Below are positions 56,134 to 64,000 of a stretch of DNA of 64,000 bases, one piece after another (positions within the stretch are counted from its first letter, which is position 1; the number at the start of each line of letters is the position of its first letter). Below the pieces are notes generated by a model. That model had not been told where the DNA came from and ran no database searches. It worked only from the letters and a program-made list of their open reading frames with translations. Made by a program: the position numbers and the translations under genes. The stretch spans positions 4 through 64,003 of IMG/VR virus record IMGVR_UViG_3300046656_000199. One strand, given 5' to 3'. The DNA is from a virus (lineage: Duplodnaviria; Caudoviricetes).

Positions 56134-57624
56134 ATGGCGCCGGCTCCCTCACCACCGTTCCGCTACCGTGTCGCAGGAGACTCGTTCCCCGGCTCGGCCC
56201 CTGCCGCCGGCAACGTCGCCCTGCCGTCGCTCGGCCATGCTCAGCATGTGCAGGACATGGAGCGGCAGGAGGACCGCTACGGCGAGCAGATCCGCAGCGG
56301 GCCGTCGATCAAGCTGCCCGCCTTCCTGCCCTACTTCGACGATCAGACCGGCGAGACGCAGCAGGCACGCCTCGCCTACCGGCGGATGATCGCCGACCCC
56401 AATTGCAAGGCCGCCCTCCTCGGCCAGATCCTCGACGTGGCCGCCCTGGATCTGCAAGTCAACCCCGCCGACAAGAAGAACGAACGCGATCAGGAGGTTG
56501 CCAAGTTCGTCAAGTGGAACCTCTTCCAGCGCCTCGGCGGGGGCGTCCCCGAGCTGTGCTGGTCCATCCTCAGCGGTGGTTGCATCGACGGCTTCTCCGT
56601 GTGCGAGAAGGTGCTCGCCCAGGAGGAGCGCGGCCGCTACAAGGGCAAGTTGGTGATCGACCGCCTGAAGGCCAAGGATGTGTTGAACGATATCGTGCTG
56701 GAGCAGGATGAGTACCGCAACATCGTCGGTATCCGTGGTCTTCGCTGGAACGCGGGCGCGTATTTCGACCCGAACGATTTCTTGATCTACCGGCACCTGC
56801 CGCTGTACGAATCGCCGACGGGCATGTCCGCGTACCGGGCCGTGTACTCCCGCTACTGGATGCTCGACACGATCCTGAAGCTCCGCGCCCGCATGCTGGA
56901 GACGAAGACCATCCCGATTGTGTGGGGCACCTACCAGACCCCGAGTCAGCAGACCGCTCTCGAATCCATGCTGGCCAACCTCAAGAGCCGCAATTGGGTC
57001 AGCGTCCCCGAGGGTGTGCAGATCGATGTACTGAGCCTCGCCGGGGCTGCCGACGATGTGTTCCAGAAGGCCATCGACTCGCTCAAGCATGACATCTTCC
57101 TCGGCGTGCAGTTCGCCACCCTCCAGAGTCTCGAAGGCATCACGCACGACGCCGCGGGCAACTCGCAGGTGCATCGCTCGACGGCGGACCTCGGCGTGTG
57201 GTATCTGGCCGCGACCGTGACCGCCCTGCTCAACGACCGCCAGCATGGACTCATCAAGGGACTGGTCGACCTGAACTACGTCGTCGAGGAGTATCCGCAG
57301 GCCACCCTGTCCGCCGCTGACGTCAACGAACTGGCGCAGGAGTGGCAGATCGACCAGGGCTTGCACGGTGCCGGCGTGGATCTGTCGAAGGAGGAGTTGT
57401 ACGAGCGCTACAATCGCCGCCCGCCCATCGACGAAGGCGACCGGCTGGCAGGGCAGAGCGGCGCGTCTCCAACTGGAGACAAGGGCCAGCAGCCCGGTGG
57501 CGGTCTGCCGTTCGCCGACGTGGACGCGACCACGACAGTGAACGGCAAGGAGGAGGTGCAGGCTCCGGCCGCGCCCTTTCGCGGATTCTCCGAAAGCGGA
57601 TGGGCTGCCTACCTCAACGGCTGA
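56134..57624 (+). CDS. Portal protein (Mu gp29/DUF935-like)
   Basis: Follows terminase; GFSVCEKV, VPEGVQIDVL, GNSQVH, LVDLNY motifs. Confidence 0.85.
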   Translation: MAPAPSPPFRYRVAGDSFPGSAPAAGNVALPSLGHAQHVQDMERQEDRYGEQIRSGPSIKLPAFLPYFDDQTGETQQARLAYRRMIADPNCKAALLGQILDVAALDLQVNPADKKNERDQEVAKFVKWNLFQRLGGGVPELCWSILSGGCIDGFSVCEKVLAQEERGRYKGKLVIDRLKAKDVLNDIVLEQDEYRNIVGIRGLRWNAGAYFDPNDFLIYRHLPLYESPTGMSAYRAVYSRYWMLDTILKLRARMLETKTIPIVWGTYQTPSQQTALESMLANLKSRNWVSVPEGVQIDVLSLAGAADDVFQKAIDSLKHDIFLGVQFATLQSLEGITHDAAGNSQVHRSTADLGVWYLAATVTALLNDRQHGLIKGLVDLNYVVEEYPQATLSAADVNELAQEWQIDQGLHGAGVDLSKEELYERYNRRPPIDEGDRLAGQSGASPTGDKGQQPGGGLPFADVDATTTVNGKEEVQAPAAPFRGFSESGWAAYLNG

Positions 57625-57625
57625 C

Positions 57626-58957
57626 GTGGCTCCGGCGGGACCGGACGGCGCGAAGATCGCCGAACTACTCCGCACGTCGCTGCGCGTCGGCACGGCCACG
57701 CTCGGCGAACTGACGGGCGCGGCGGTCAAGCGATTGCTGGAGAAGGGCAACGCGGGCAAGGCGAAGCGGCTGTTCGACGATGCGGAGCGAAAGCAATTAG
57801 CTCGTTTAATCGGGGCCACCAATGCGGCGGGCGAATTGTTGGGCCGTTCGCGGGTTCGTCTCCGCATGGAGAAGGTGCAAAAGCACGACGAGCAGTTCAG
57901 CGTCTTCGACGATGCCAGCCCCATTCATCCCATGGCGCCGATCGAGGCTCTCAGTTACTTCAAGAGGCTGGTGCCAACGCTCAACCTTGATCCGCAGGAC
58001 TTTGCCACCGACATCGGCCAAAGTGCCTTCACCATTGCGGGTATCACCGAGGAGTCGTTGCTCGAACGTATTCAGGAGATCATCGCGAACGCGCTGGCGA
58101 CGGGAGGCGACAAGGCTGTCGTTCCGAGCGTTGACGAGATTCTCAACGAGGCCGGTCTGAGTCCCCGCAATCCGCAGCGGGCAGAAATGATCGTGCGAAC
58201 GAACATGATGAAAGCCGTTTCGGAAGGCGTCACTCGCGAGATGCAAGACCCCGATGTCGCCGACTACTTCCCGGCCTGGATGTACAGCGGAGTTCGTGAC
58301 GGTCGACAGGGCAAGGACCACGAACAGCACTTCGACAAGTATTTCCCGAACAGCGTCACGTTCGACGAGGTGCGCGGGCCGCGCGTGTTCAACTGCCGCT
58401 GCGTGCAAATTCCCATCGACAAGCACACCTGGGCCGACCTGCAAGCGCGGGGCACGCGATTCGCGTCGTTCGCCGAGGCGCCCGTCCCCGCCGTCGAGCA
58501 GAATCGCCCGTGGACGTGTGGCCCTGCCGCCCTCGTCGCCGTGCTGAGCCGCTACGATCGCACCGTGGACGAGGCCGATGTCAGCCGCACGCTGGGCACG
58601 ACGGAGGAAGCCGGCACGTCACCCGAGCAGATGGAAGCCGGGGCGCGCTCGCTCGGTCTCGACGTGGAGGCGTTGCACGGCATGACCACGCCGCAACTGG
58701 AGCGGGCCATCATCATGGGTCAACCGGTGATCGCCTGCGTCCAGATGCACGGGGACGCGGCAGCAATGGCCGACGAGGAAGCAGGGCACTGGATAATCTT
58801 CACAGGTAGGCATCGCGGTACGCTCGACTGCATGGATCCGGCCACGGGTGAGACGGCGGAGATCGCGAAGGCCGACCTGCCACGGGTGTGGCGCGACCGG
58901 GACGCGGAGGGGATGCCGTTCAGGAGATACGGGTTGGTGGTGAGGGGCACGTCATGA
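57626..58957 (+). CDS. MuF minor head protein fused to a C39-like cysteine peptidase
   Basis: AFTIAG, IVRTN, MYSGVRDGR...H, FNCRC (MuF); Q-x4-TCGPAAL, GTS, GHWI, DPATG (C39 triad). Confidence 0.85.
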   Translation: MAPAGPDGAKIAELLRTSLRVGTATLGELTGAAVKRLLEKGNAGKAKRLFDDAERKQLARLIGATNAAGELLGRSRVRLRMEKVQKHDEQFSVFDDASPIHPMAPIEALSYFKRLVPTLNLDPQDFATDIGQSAFTIAGITEESLLERIQEIIANALATGGDKAVVPSVDEILNEAGLSPRNPQRAEMIVRTNMMKAVSEGVTREMQDPDVADYFPAWMYSGVRDGRQGKDHEQHFDKYFPNSVTFDEVRGPRVFNCRCVQIPIDKHTWADLQARGTRFASFAEAPVPAVEQNRPWTCGPAALVAVLSRYDRTVDEADVSRTLGTTEEAGTSPEQMEAGARSLGLDVEALHGMTTPQLERAIIMGQPVIACVQMHGDAAAMADEEAGHWIIFTGRHRGTLDCMDPATGETAEIAKADLPRVWRDRDAEGMPFRRYGLVVRGTS

Positions 58958-59871
58958 ACAAGCCGCAGGCACGCGCCGTCATGATGAGCGAGGGCTGGAC
59001 TGCCTACCTCGAACGCTTCTGCGGCGGGGCGGGTAGCAAACGCCCCGGCCCGTGTCCCAAGGGCGTACACAATGCCCACATCGCCAGCGGGGCGCGGCTG
59101 AACGCCGCCAAACACAATCTCGGCAGAGCGCAGGCACGCCACGAGCAGCACGGCACCGAGGCGACGAGCCTCGCCCTGTCGCGTGCTCGCTTGCTGCACA
59201 CGGCTCAGCAGCGGGCGCACGCCGTGGCCACGAAGCAGGCGCAGGCAGCCGGGGCGAAGCCGCCCATCGCCGCGGGGCATCTGCCGAAGGCGAAGCGGGC
59301 GAGCCGGGCACTGCTGACGCCGGAGAAGCGGAAGGAGATCCGGGCGAAGTTGGCGGCAACAAATCTGAATAAAAAGACAAATGATAGTAAAACAGACTTG
59401 ACTACTACTGCGAAGAATGATACGATACCTCCGGTGGCAACGAAACCCGAACCGGAGGCGAAGAAAGTGGAAACCACAAAGATCGGTCTTGAACCGGCGG
59501 CACGATCCAAGGACGCCAATCAATGGCTGAATGACATGGAACTTCCGGCTGGTGTCCTGCAAACGAAGCCGACAAATCTGATCGGCGAACGTATCCATCT
59601 GGACGACGGCAGTTCGTTCGTCATCGCTCCCGATGGGGCGGTCTGGAAGTTCTGGCCGGGGGCTGGCCCGAAGGATGAACAGGTCGTCGATATGGACGGG
59701 GTAAAGGGTCGCGCCGTCCGATCAGAGTCGACCGATGGGCACCGCAACCACCTCCGCGAACTGGCGTCGAAGGCACCGAAGCCGCCGAAGCAGAAACCGG
59801 CAAAGGGCAACTCAGGCTACCGTGGCAATGCTCACCCGGAGTCGATCCCTGGCATGGGAAAGGATGACTGA
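58954..59871 (+). CDS. Protein with N-terminal GW..Y.E.FC..RPGPCP tag and unknown C-terminal domain
   Basis: ATGA coupling to MuF; tag shared with the 60440 polyprotein. Confidence 0.75.
   Translation: MNKPQARAVMMSEGWTAYLERFCGGAGSKRPGPCPKGVHNAHIASGARLNAAKHNLGRAQARHEQHGTEATSLALSRARLLHTAQQRAHAVATKQAQAAGAKPPIAAGHLPKAKRASRALLTPEKRKEIRAKLAATNLNKKTNDSKTDLTTTAKNDTIPPVATKPEPEAKKVETTKIGLEPAARSKDANQWLNDMELPAGVLQTKPTNLIGERIHLDDGSSFVIAPDGAVWKFWPGAGPKDEQVVDMDGVKGRAVRSESTDGHRNHLRELASKAPKPPKQKPAKGNSGYRGNAHPESIPGMGKDD
59398..59426 (+). promoter_or_regulatory. Sigma70 promoter embedded in coding sequence
   Basis: TTGACT-N17-TACGAT with extended -10 TG and A-rich upstream element; downstream GGAGG + in-frame GTG at 59467. 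Confidence 0.65.
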
Positions 59872-60145
59872 AATGGACGCCTTTCTCCTCGCCATGCTCG
59901 ACGCTCCCGATGATGCGACGCCGCGATGTGTGCTGACCGACTGGTTGGAAGAGCGCGACCAGTCCGACCTCGCCCGATGCTTGCGCAGCAATTGCGATCT
60001 CATCGTTGAGCCGCGCGGCCGCGGCGTGTTCGTCGGCTTCGCTTTCCCTGATGGTGCCGAGCAAGACGTTCGGCACTGTCCCGGCTATGCGGAGCTGACG
60101 GCGCAACTGGCCCATCTGGAAATGAGGCGCCGCCTTGCCGCCTAA
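59864..60145 (+). CDS. TIGR02996-like domain protein
   Basis: AFLLAMLDAPDDATPR.V.TDWLEER. Confidence 0.75.
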   Translation: MTEMDAFLLAMLDAPDDATPRCVLTDWLEERDQSDLARCLRSNCDLIVEPRGRGVFVGFAFPDGAEQDVRHCPGYAELTAQLAHLEMRRRLAA

Positions 60146-60347
60146 ACGATCCTTCGCCTCTGCCCTTCGCGCCGTCCTGAACGCAGAGGGCATCAGCGTC
60201 TATGAACTGGCTCAGCGCTGCGGCGTGTCGCGTCAACTGCTCGGCTCGTACCTCAATGACGGCGCCGCCCCATCCTTCGCCAACGTGCTGAAGATCGCCG
60301 AAGCACTCGGCGTGACGGCGAACGATCTGGCCTATCGGCCGGAATGA
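60135..60347 (+). CDS. XRE-family HTH protein
   Basis: GISVYELAQRCGVSRQ.L..Y.N...PSF..VLKIAEALGV. Confidence 0.85.
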   Translation: MPPKRSFASALRAVLNAEGISVYELAQRCGVSRQLLGSYLNDGAAPSFANVLKIAEALGVTANDLAYRPE

Positions 60348-60439
60348 GCCGACGGCAATCACTTCTCAGGCTGGCGGGGCAACTCGCCGGCCTTCCTCCA
60401 TTTTGACGCCCCCCGCGTCCGCGTGGCATCGTGGCGGCC

Positions 60440-63400
60440 ATGCCACTCGACACGGGGACAAGCCGGGACGCTGTAAGCAGCAACATCCGCACAGAAGTTG
60501 CTGCGGGAAAGCCGCAGAAGCAAGCGGTGGCAATCGCCCTGTCGAAAGCGGGGCTGTCCAAGGCCGCCGAACGCCGCGCTTACCTGATGGAGCACGGGTG
60601 GGGCAAGTACGTCGAGAAATTCTGCCAGGAAGGGACAAACAAGGGCAAGCCTGGCCCGTGTCCGAAAACAGGTGGAGCAACGCCAGGAAAACCGGCTGAC
60701 AGTGCAACCAGGCCGGCAGCGAAGAAAACCGCCGCCCGCCGCAAGCCGAAGGCCACGCCGGATAGCGTTCACGCCTCGATCGCACACGTCCTGTCCAATC
60801 CGAGCGCGATCACGCCCGAGGCAACGACGTCGGTTGTGTCGGACCTGTCCTCGCTCACCATTCCGCAGATGAAAGACATTCATGCGCGTCTTGGAGGCGT
60901 CGGCAAGTTGACGGGCAAAAAGGCGGAACTGGCCCAGAAGATCGCAGATGCGGCTATCACTTCCGTCAAGGCTGGATCGAAGACGTCGGCAGCGCCCGAG
61001 TCAGTTGCTGATACACGAAAACGACTCGGCTATGATACGGGTACGCCGCCAGCCTCAACGTCATCGACATCAACCCGCACTGTTAAGCGTGGCGGCGAAC
61101 CGCCGCAAACTGCGGGAGGATTCTCGCTCGACTCGTCGCGGGGCTTTCTCTTCAACACGATGACGTCTCTCCTCAAGGGCTTTGACGAACATCCTAACGA
61201 GGTCGAGGGGCGCGAAGCCATCATTCACGCCGCTCTGCAACTCGCGGCGATGGGCGACGCAGGCAAACCGGCGCTCGACGTGCTGGCGCAGGTACTCCAG
61301 CGGCAACCCGAACAGAACGTCGATCAGCATTGCGAACCGGGAACGCCGCAAGCAAAACCGGGGCCGTGTGCAACGTCGGGACAGGCCATTGAGAGCATCG
61401 CCGCCAAATTCCCCGGCAGCGAGAGCATGGGCAAGGACGAAGTAGTCATACCAAACGGTGACGGCCGATACATCTCTCTTGAATCGTCCCAGAAATATGG
61501 CGGACCAGCGAATGGCGTGCACATTGGTTTCTTTCAAGAAACCCCCGGAGGCGATCAGGACTTCGACAAAAACAACAAGAAACTTCAGCCCGGCACCATT
61601 GACCTGATGCGCAAACTATCCGGTGTTCTCGGCGAACTGGAAACGGCAAAGACGCCGGCGTCCTACAAGGCCGAGCCGAAGCGAGCCGCTTTGTACGAGA
61701 AGATTTTCCGCCGTCGTGGTTGGACGCTAACGACATCCAAACGCGGCAACGATAAGACGTTCGCCGTCTGGCAACCACCTGCTTATCCATCGTCCCACGC
61801 TGAACGCAGCGCCTACATGATGGAGCACGGCTGGGGCAAGTACGTCGAGCGGTACTGCGACCACGGGCCGAACGCTCACAAGCCGGGACCGTGCCCGGAC
61901 GAGGGTGGGGGATCTTTCGAGACAGTCCCCGGCGGACACAAGGGCACCGAGAGAGCGAATACTGCAACAAGGGCAGCGGTGGAAGCCAGTGCCAAAGCGA
62001 ACGCTTCTGGATCTGCCGCCGATCACCGGATGGCTGCCAGGCGCCATCGGGCGGCACAGGAAGCCCACTGGAAAGAAGGCGACGAAGCCGGCGTCCATTA
62101 CACGAAGACGATGGGGCGCAAGGATCCCGAGACGGTAGCCCTGGCTGCCGATCTTCTTCGCCGCACGAACGCCCACGACGCATTGCACAAAGCACATCAG
62201 AACGCCTACGAGACGCACAAGGCGGCGATGCGTGCCGCACTGAAAAGCGAAGGTGGCCAGCACGCCGAACAACGCTACTGCGACCACGGGCCGAACGAGC
62301 ACAAGCCGGGGCCGTGCCCGGATGAGGGGAGCGGATCGACGCCGACTCCGACGCCGGCCGCAACCTCTGCCACGCCTGCCGCTGGCCCGAAGGAGTTACC
62401 GAAGGGGACGCTTTTCGAGCATTCCAAGAACGCTGTCGACCAGCAGCACCAGAATATGTCGGTACTGCTGGCCAAGATGGTCAAGGGCGAGTACGTCCCC
62501 GAAGACGTCGTCAGCGACGCCAAACACTACACGAACAACGCACTCGCTCGCAATGACAAGGGCTGGAACGGACGCTTTAGCGCCTACGCCGCCAACGCCA
62601 AACACTACTTCCCGCCCGAGGCATTTCAATCCGAGGAGTGGGGCAAGGTCAAGCAGGCGTTTCGCGATGCCCGCGACGCCAACGCTCAGCACATCAGCGA
62701 TCTCGGCGAACACGTCGCCCATCTCGGCGAGTATGCCCAGAAGAGCGGCAATACCAAGATCAAGCAGAACAGCGATGACGCGCAGTTTCTCGGACGTGAA
62801 AAAACGGCAGCCTACGCCACCGCCGTGAAGGAACAGGAGAAAATCTACGCCGCCCTGAACGCACTCGAAAAGAAGTTTCCACGCAGCAAGCCAACCGGTC
62901 GGCACCTGTACGCCGAACGCTTCTCCGAAGGCAGCAGCCAACTCCGCGATGTCGAGGTCTTCCCCGAGGGCACCCACCGCGGCAAGCCATATTCCCTCGC
63001 CGACCTGCACGACATGGCCATCAACTTCAACCGCTACTCGGCGGGCAAAAAGCCGTGGGTGCGCGTGCCTGCCGTGCTCGGTCATGAGGAGACGCAGGAA
63101 TATCTCGAGCGCTCCGACCTGCCCGCCGCGGCCTGGGGCGCGAAAGCCTACGTTGGCAAGGGCACCGATCCCGACGGCAAGCCGATCAATGTCCTCAAGA
63201 TGAATTTCACGGACGTGCCGCAGAAGGTGGCGAGGCTCATCAAGGGCCGCCGCTACCGTACCGTTTCCGCCGAAGTCTACGACGACATCCCCGAGGGTCT
63301 ACCAGGCGCCGGCACAAAAACGAAGATGCTTCGGCGCGTGGCATTTCTGGGCGGCGACATTCCGCAATGCAAGTCGATCGACGAATTGCCCATGCCCGAA

Positions 63401-64000
63401 CCGCACAGCGAATTTGACTCGAAATATACGGTCGTGGTTTCCTCGCTCGTGCCATCAACGGCAGCGCAGTTCAGCGAGCCGCGCAGCGTGCAGGGGGCGA
63501 CGTGGTGCTTTTCCGAGCAAAAGGCGAGATCAATGAACCGCGACGAAATGATTCAGCAGCTCGGCGACCTGGGCGTTGACACGAGTGTTTGCACGCCGGA
63601 GATGCCGGACCCCGCGATTGCCGAATGGCTGCGGTCGCTGACGGACGAGGGCGAGACGCCGGCCGAAGAGACGCCCGCCGAACCGAAGCCCGGCGACACG
63701 AACAACCTCGACGATATGCCGCCCGAAGAGCCGACGCCCGGCAGCGCTGCCCCGGCCTACGACGAGGACGCCAAGCCCGAAGACCCCGAGAAGATGGGTG
63801 AGTGGGCCAAGCGGATGCACGACAAATATTGCTCGCAAGACAACGCCCGGCCGATGGCTGACGCCCCGGCCCCTGGGAGTCCCACCATGCCGACCGCGCC
63901 GAAGAAGATCACCACGACGGAGCACTACAGCGAACTGAAGAAGAAGGCCGACGCCGCTCTTGCTTCGCTGACTGCGGCGACCAAGGCTGCGGAGGACTCG
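60440..64000 (+). CDS. Giant modular head protein: tagged N-terminal modules + Mu-like prohead protease + scaffold (runs off the window end, continues at 5-475)
   Basis: Hand translation shows no stop in 1187 codons; protease domain ~62942-63400 (VEVFPEGTH, PAVLGH, PAAAW, YRTVSAEVY, LRRVAFLGGDIP); possible internal scaffold start ATG 63533. Confidence 0.85.
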   Translation, partial: MPLDTGTSRDAVSSNIRTEVAAGKPQKQAVAIALSKAGLSKAAERRAYLMEHGWGKYVEKFCQEGTNKGKPGPCPKTGGATPGKPADSATRPAAKKTAARRKPKATPDSVHASIAHVLSNPSAITPEATTSVVSDLSSLTIPQMKDIHARLGGVGKLTGKKAELAQKIADAAITSVKAGSKTSAAPESVADTRKRLGYDTGTPPASTSSTSTRTVKRGGEPPQTAGGFSLDSSRGFLFNTMTSLLKGFDEHPNEVEGREAIIHAALQLAAMGDAGKPALDVLAQVLQRQPEQNVDQHCEPGTPQAKPGPCATSGQAIESIAAKFPGSESMGKDEVVIPNGDGRYISLESSQKYGGPANGVHIGFFQETPGGDQDFDKNNKKLQPGTIDLMRKLSGVLGELETAKTPASYKAEPKRAALYEKIFRRRGWTLTTSKRGNDKTFAVWQPPAYPSSHAERSAYMMEHGWGKYVERYCDHGPNAHKPGPCPDEGGGSFETVPGGHKGTERANTATRAAVEASAKANASGSAADHRMAARRHRAAQEAHWKEGDEAGVHYTKTMGRKDPETVALAADLLRRTNAHDALHKAHQNAYETHKAAMRAALKSEGGQHAEQRYCDHGPNEHKPGPCPDEGSGSTPTPTPAATSATPAAGPKELPKGTLFEHSKNAVDQQHQNMSVLLAKMVKGEYVPEDVVSDAKHYTNNALARNDKGWNGRFSAYAANAKHYFPPEAFQSEEWGKVKQAFRDARDANAQHISDLGEHVAHLGEYAQKSGNTKIKQNSDDAQFLGREKTAAYATAVKEQEKIYAALNALEKKFPRSKPTGRHLYAERFSEGSSQLRDVEVFPEGTHRGKPYSLADLHDMAINFNRYSAGKKPWVRVPAVLGHEETQEYLERSDLPAAAWGAKAYVGKGTDPDGKPINVLKMNFTDVPQKVARLIKGRRYRTVSAEVYDDIPEGLPGAGTKTKMLRRVAFLGGDIPQCKSIDELPMPEPHSEFDSKYTVVVSSLVPSTAAQFSEPRSVQGATWCFSEQKARSMNRDEMIQQLGDLGVDTSVCTPEMPDPAIAEWLRSLTDEGETPAEETPAEPKPGDTNNLDDMPPEEPTPGSAAPAYDEDAKPEDPEKMGEWAKRMHDKYCSQDNARPMADAPAPGSPTMPTAPKKITTTEHYSELKKKADAALASLTAATKAAEDS

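Noticed and set aside
451-64000. Many long antisense or alternate-frame ORFs in the track (e.g. 16740-18326, 18785-20131, 25085-26314, 56149-57924, and all those within 60359-63925)
   Set aside because: Shadows of GC-rich genes on the opposite strand or in another frame; no RBS or recognisable motifs
54282-64000. Transposable Mu-like phage
   Set aside because: Only the head module is Mu-like; no DDE transposase or MuB, and a tyrosine integrase with attP candidate is present

Overview
The window appears to hold an essentially complete circular temperate phage genome (GC-rich, Caudoviricetes). The last four bases (CTCG) repeat the first four, and a reading frame missed by the ORF track (60440-64000, no stop) continues across that overlap into 5-475, implying a unit length of about 63,996 bp. 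Modules: terminase, DUF935-type portal, MuF and Mu-like protease/scaffold and gpT capsid; a non-contractile tail with a chaperone frameshift; two glycosyltransferases and a 2OG-Fe(II) oxygenase among virion genes; a membrane/secreted module with a papain-like protease but no recognisable endolysin; a tyrosine integrase with a tRNA-derived attP candidate; and an early/replication arm (Acb2/Tad1-like, CsrA, Prim-Pol/AAA helicase, SNF2 helicase, DNA methylase). Gemmataceae-type domains suggest a Planctomycete host (inference). The most unusual signals are: (1) a non-coding 43 x 5-nt GGC-NN array with hypervariable dinucleotides; (2) a ~1343-aa protease polyprotein with repeated C-x(7-8)-[KR]PGPC tags, shared with a neighbouring gene, plus a related motif in the portal tail; (3) a tRNA-like RNA with a 126-nt structured insert in place of the anticodon loop, right after csrA; (4) a 12-bp repeat gene whose variation is wholly synonymous only in an antisense frame; (5) a possible prolyl-hydroxylation/glycosylation system for virion proteins. 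All family assignments come from motif recognition by eye; no database search was run.
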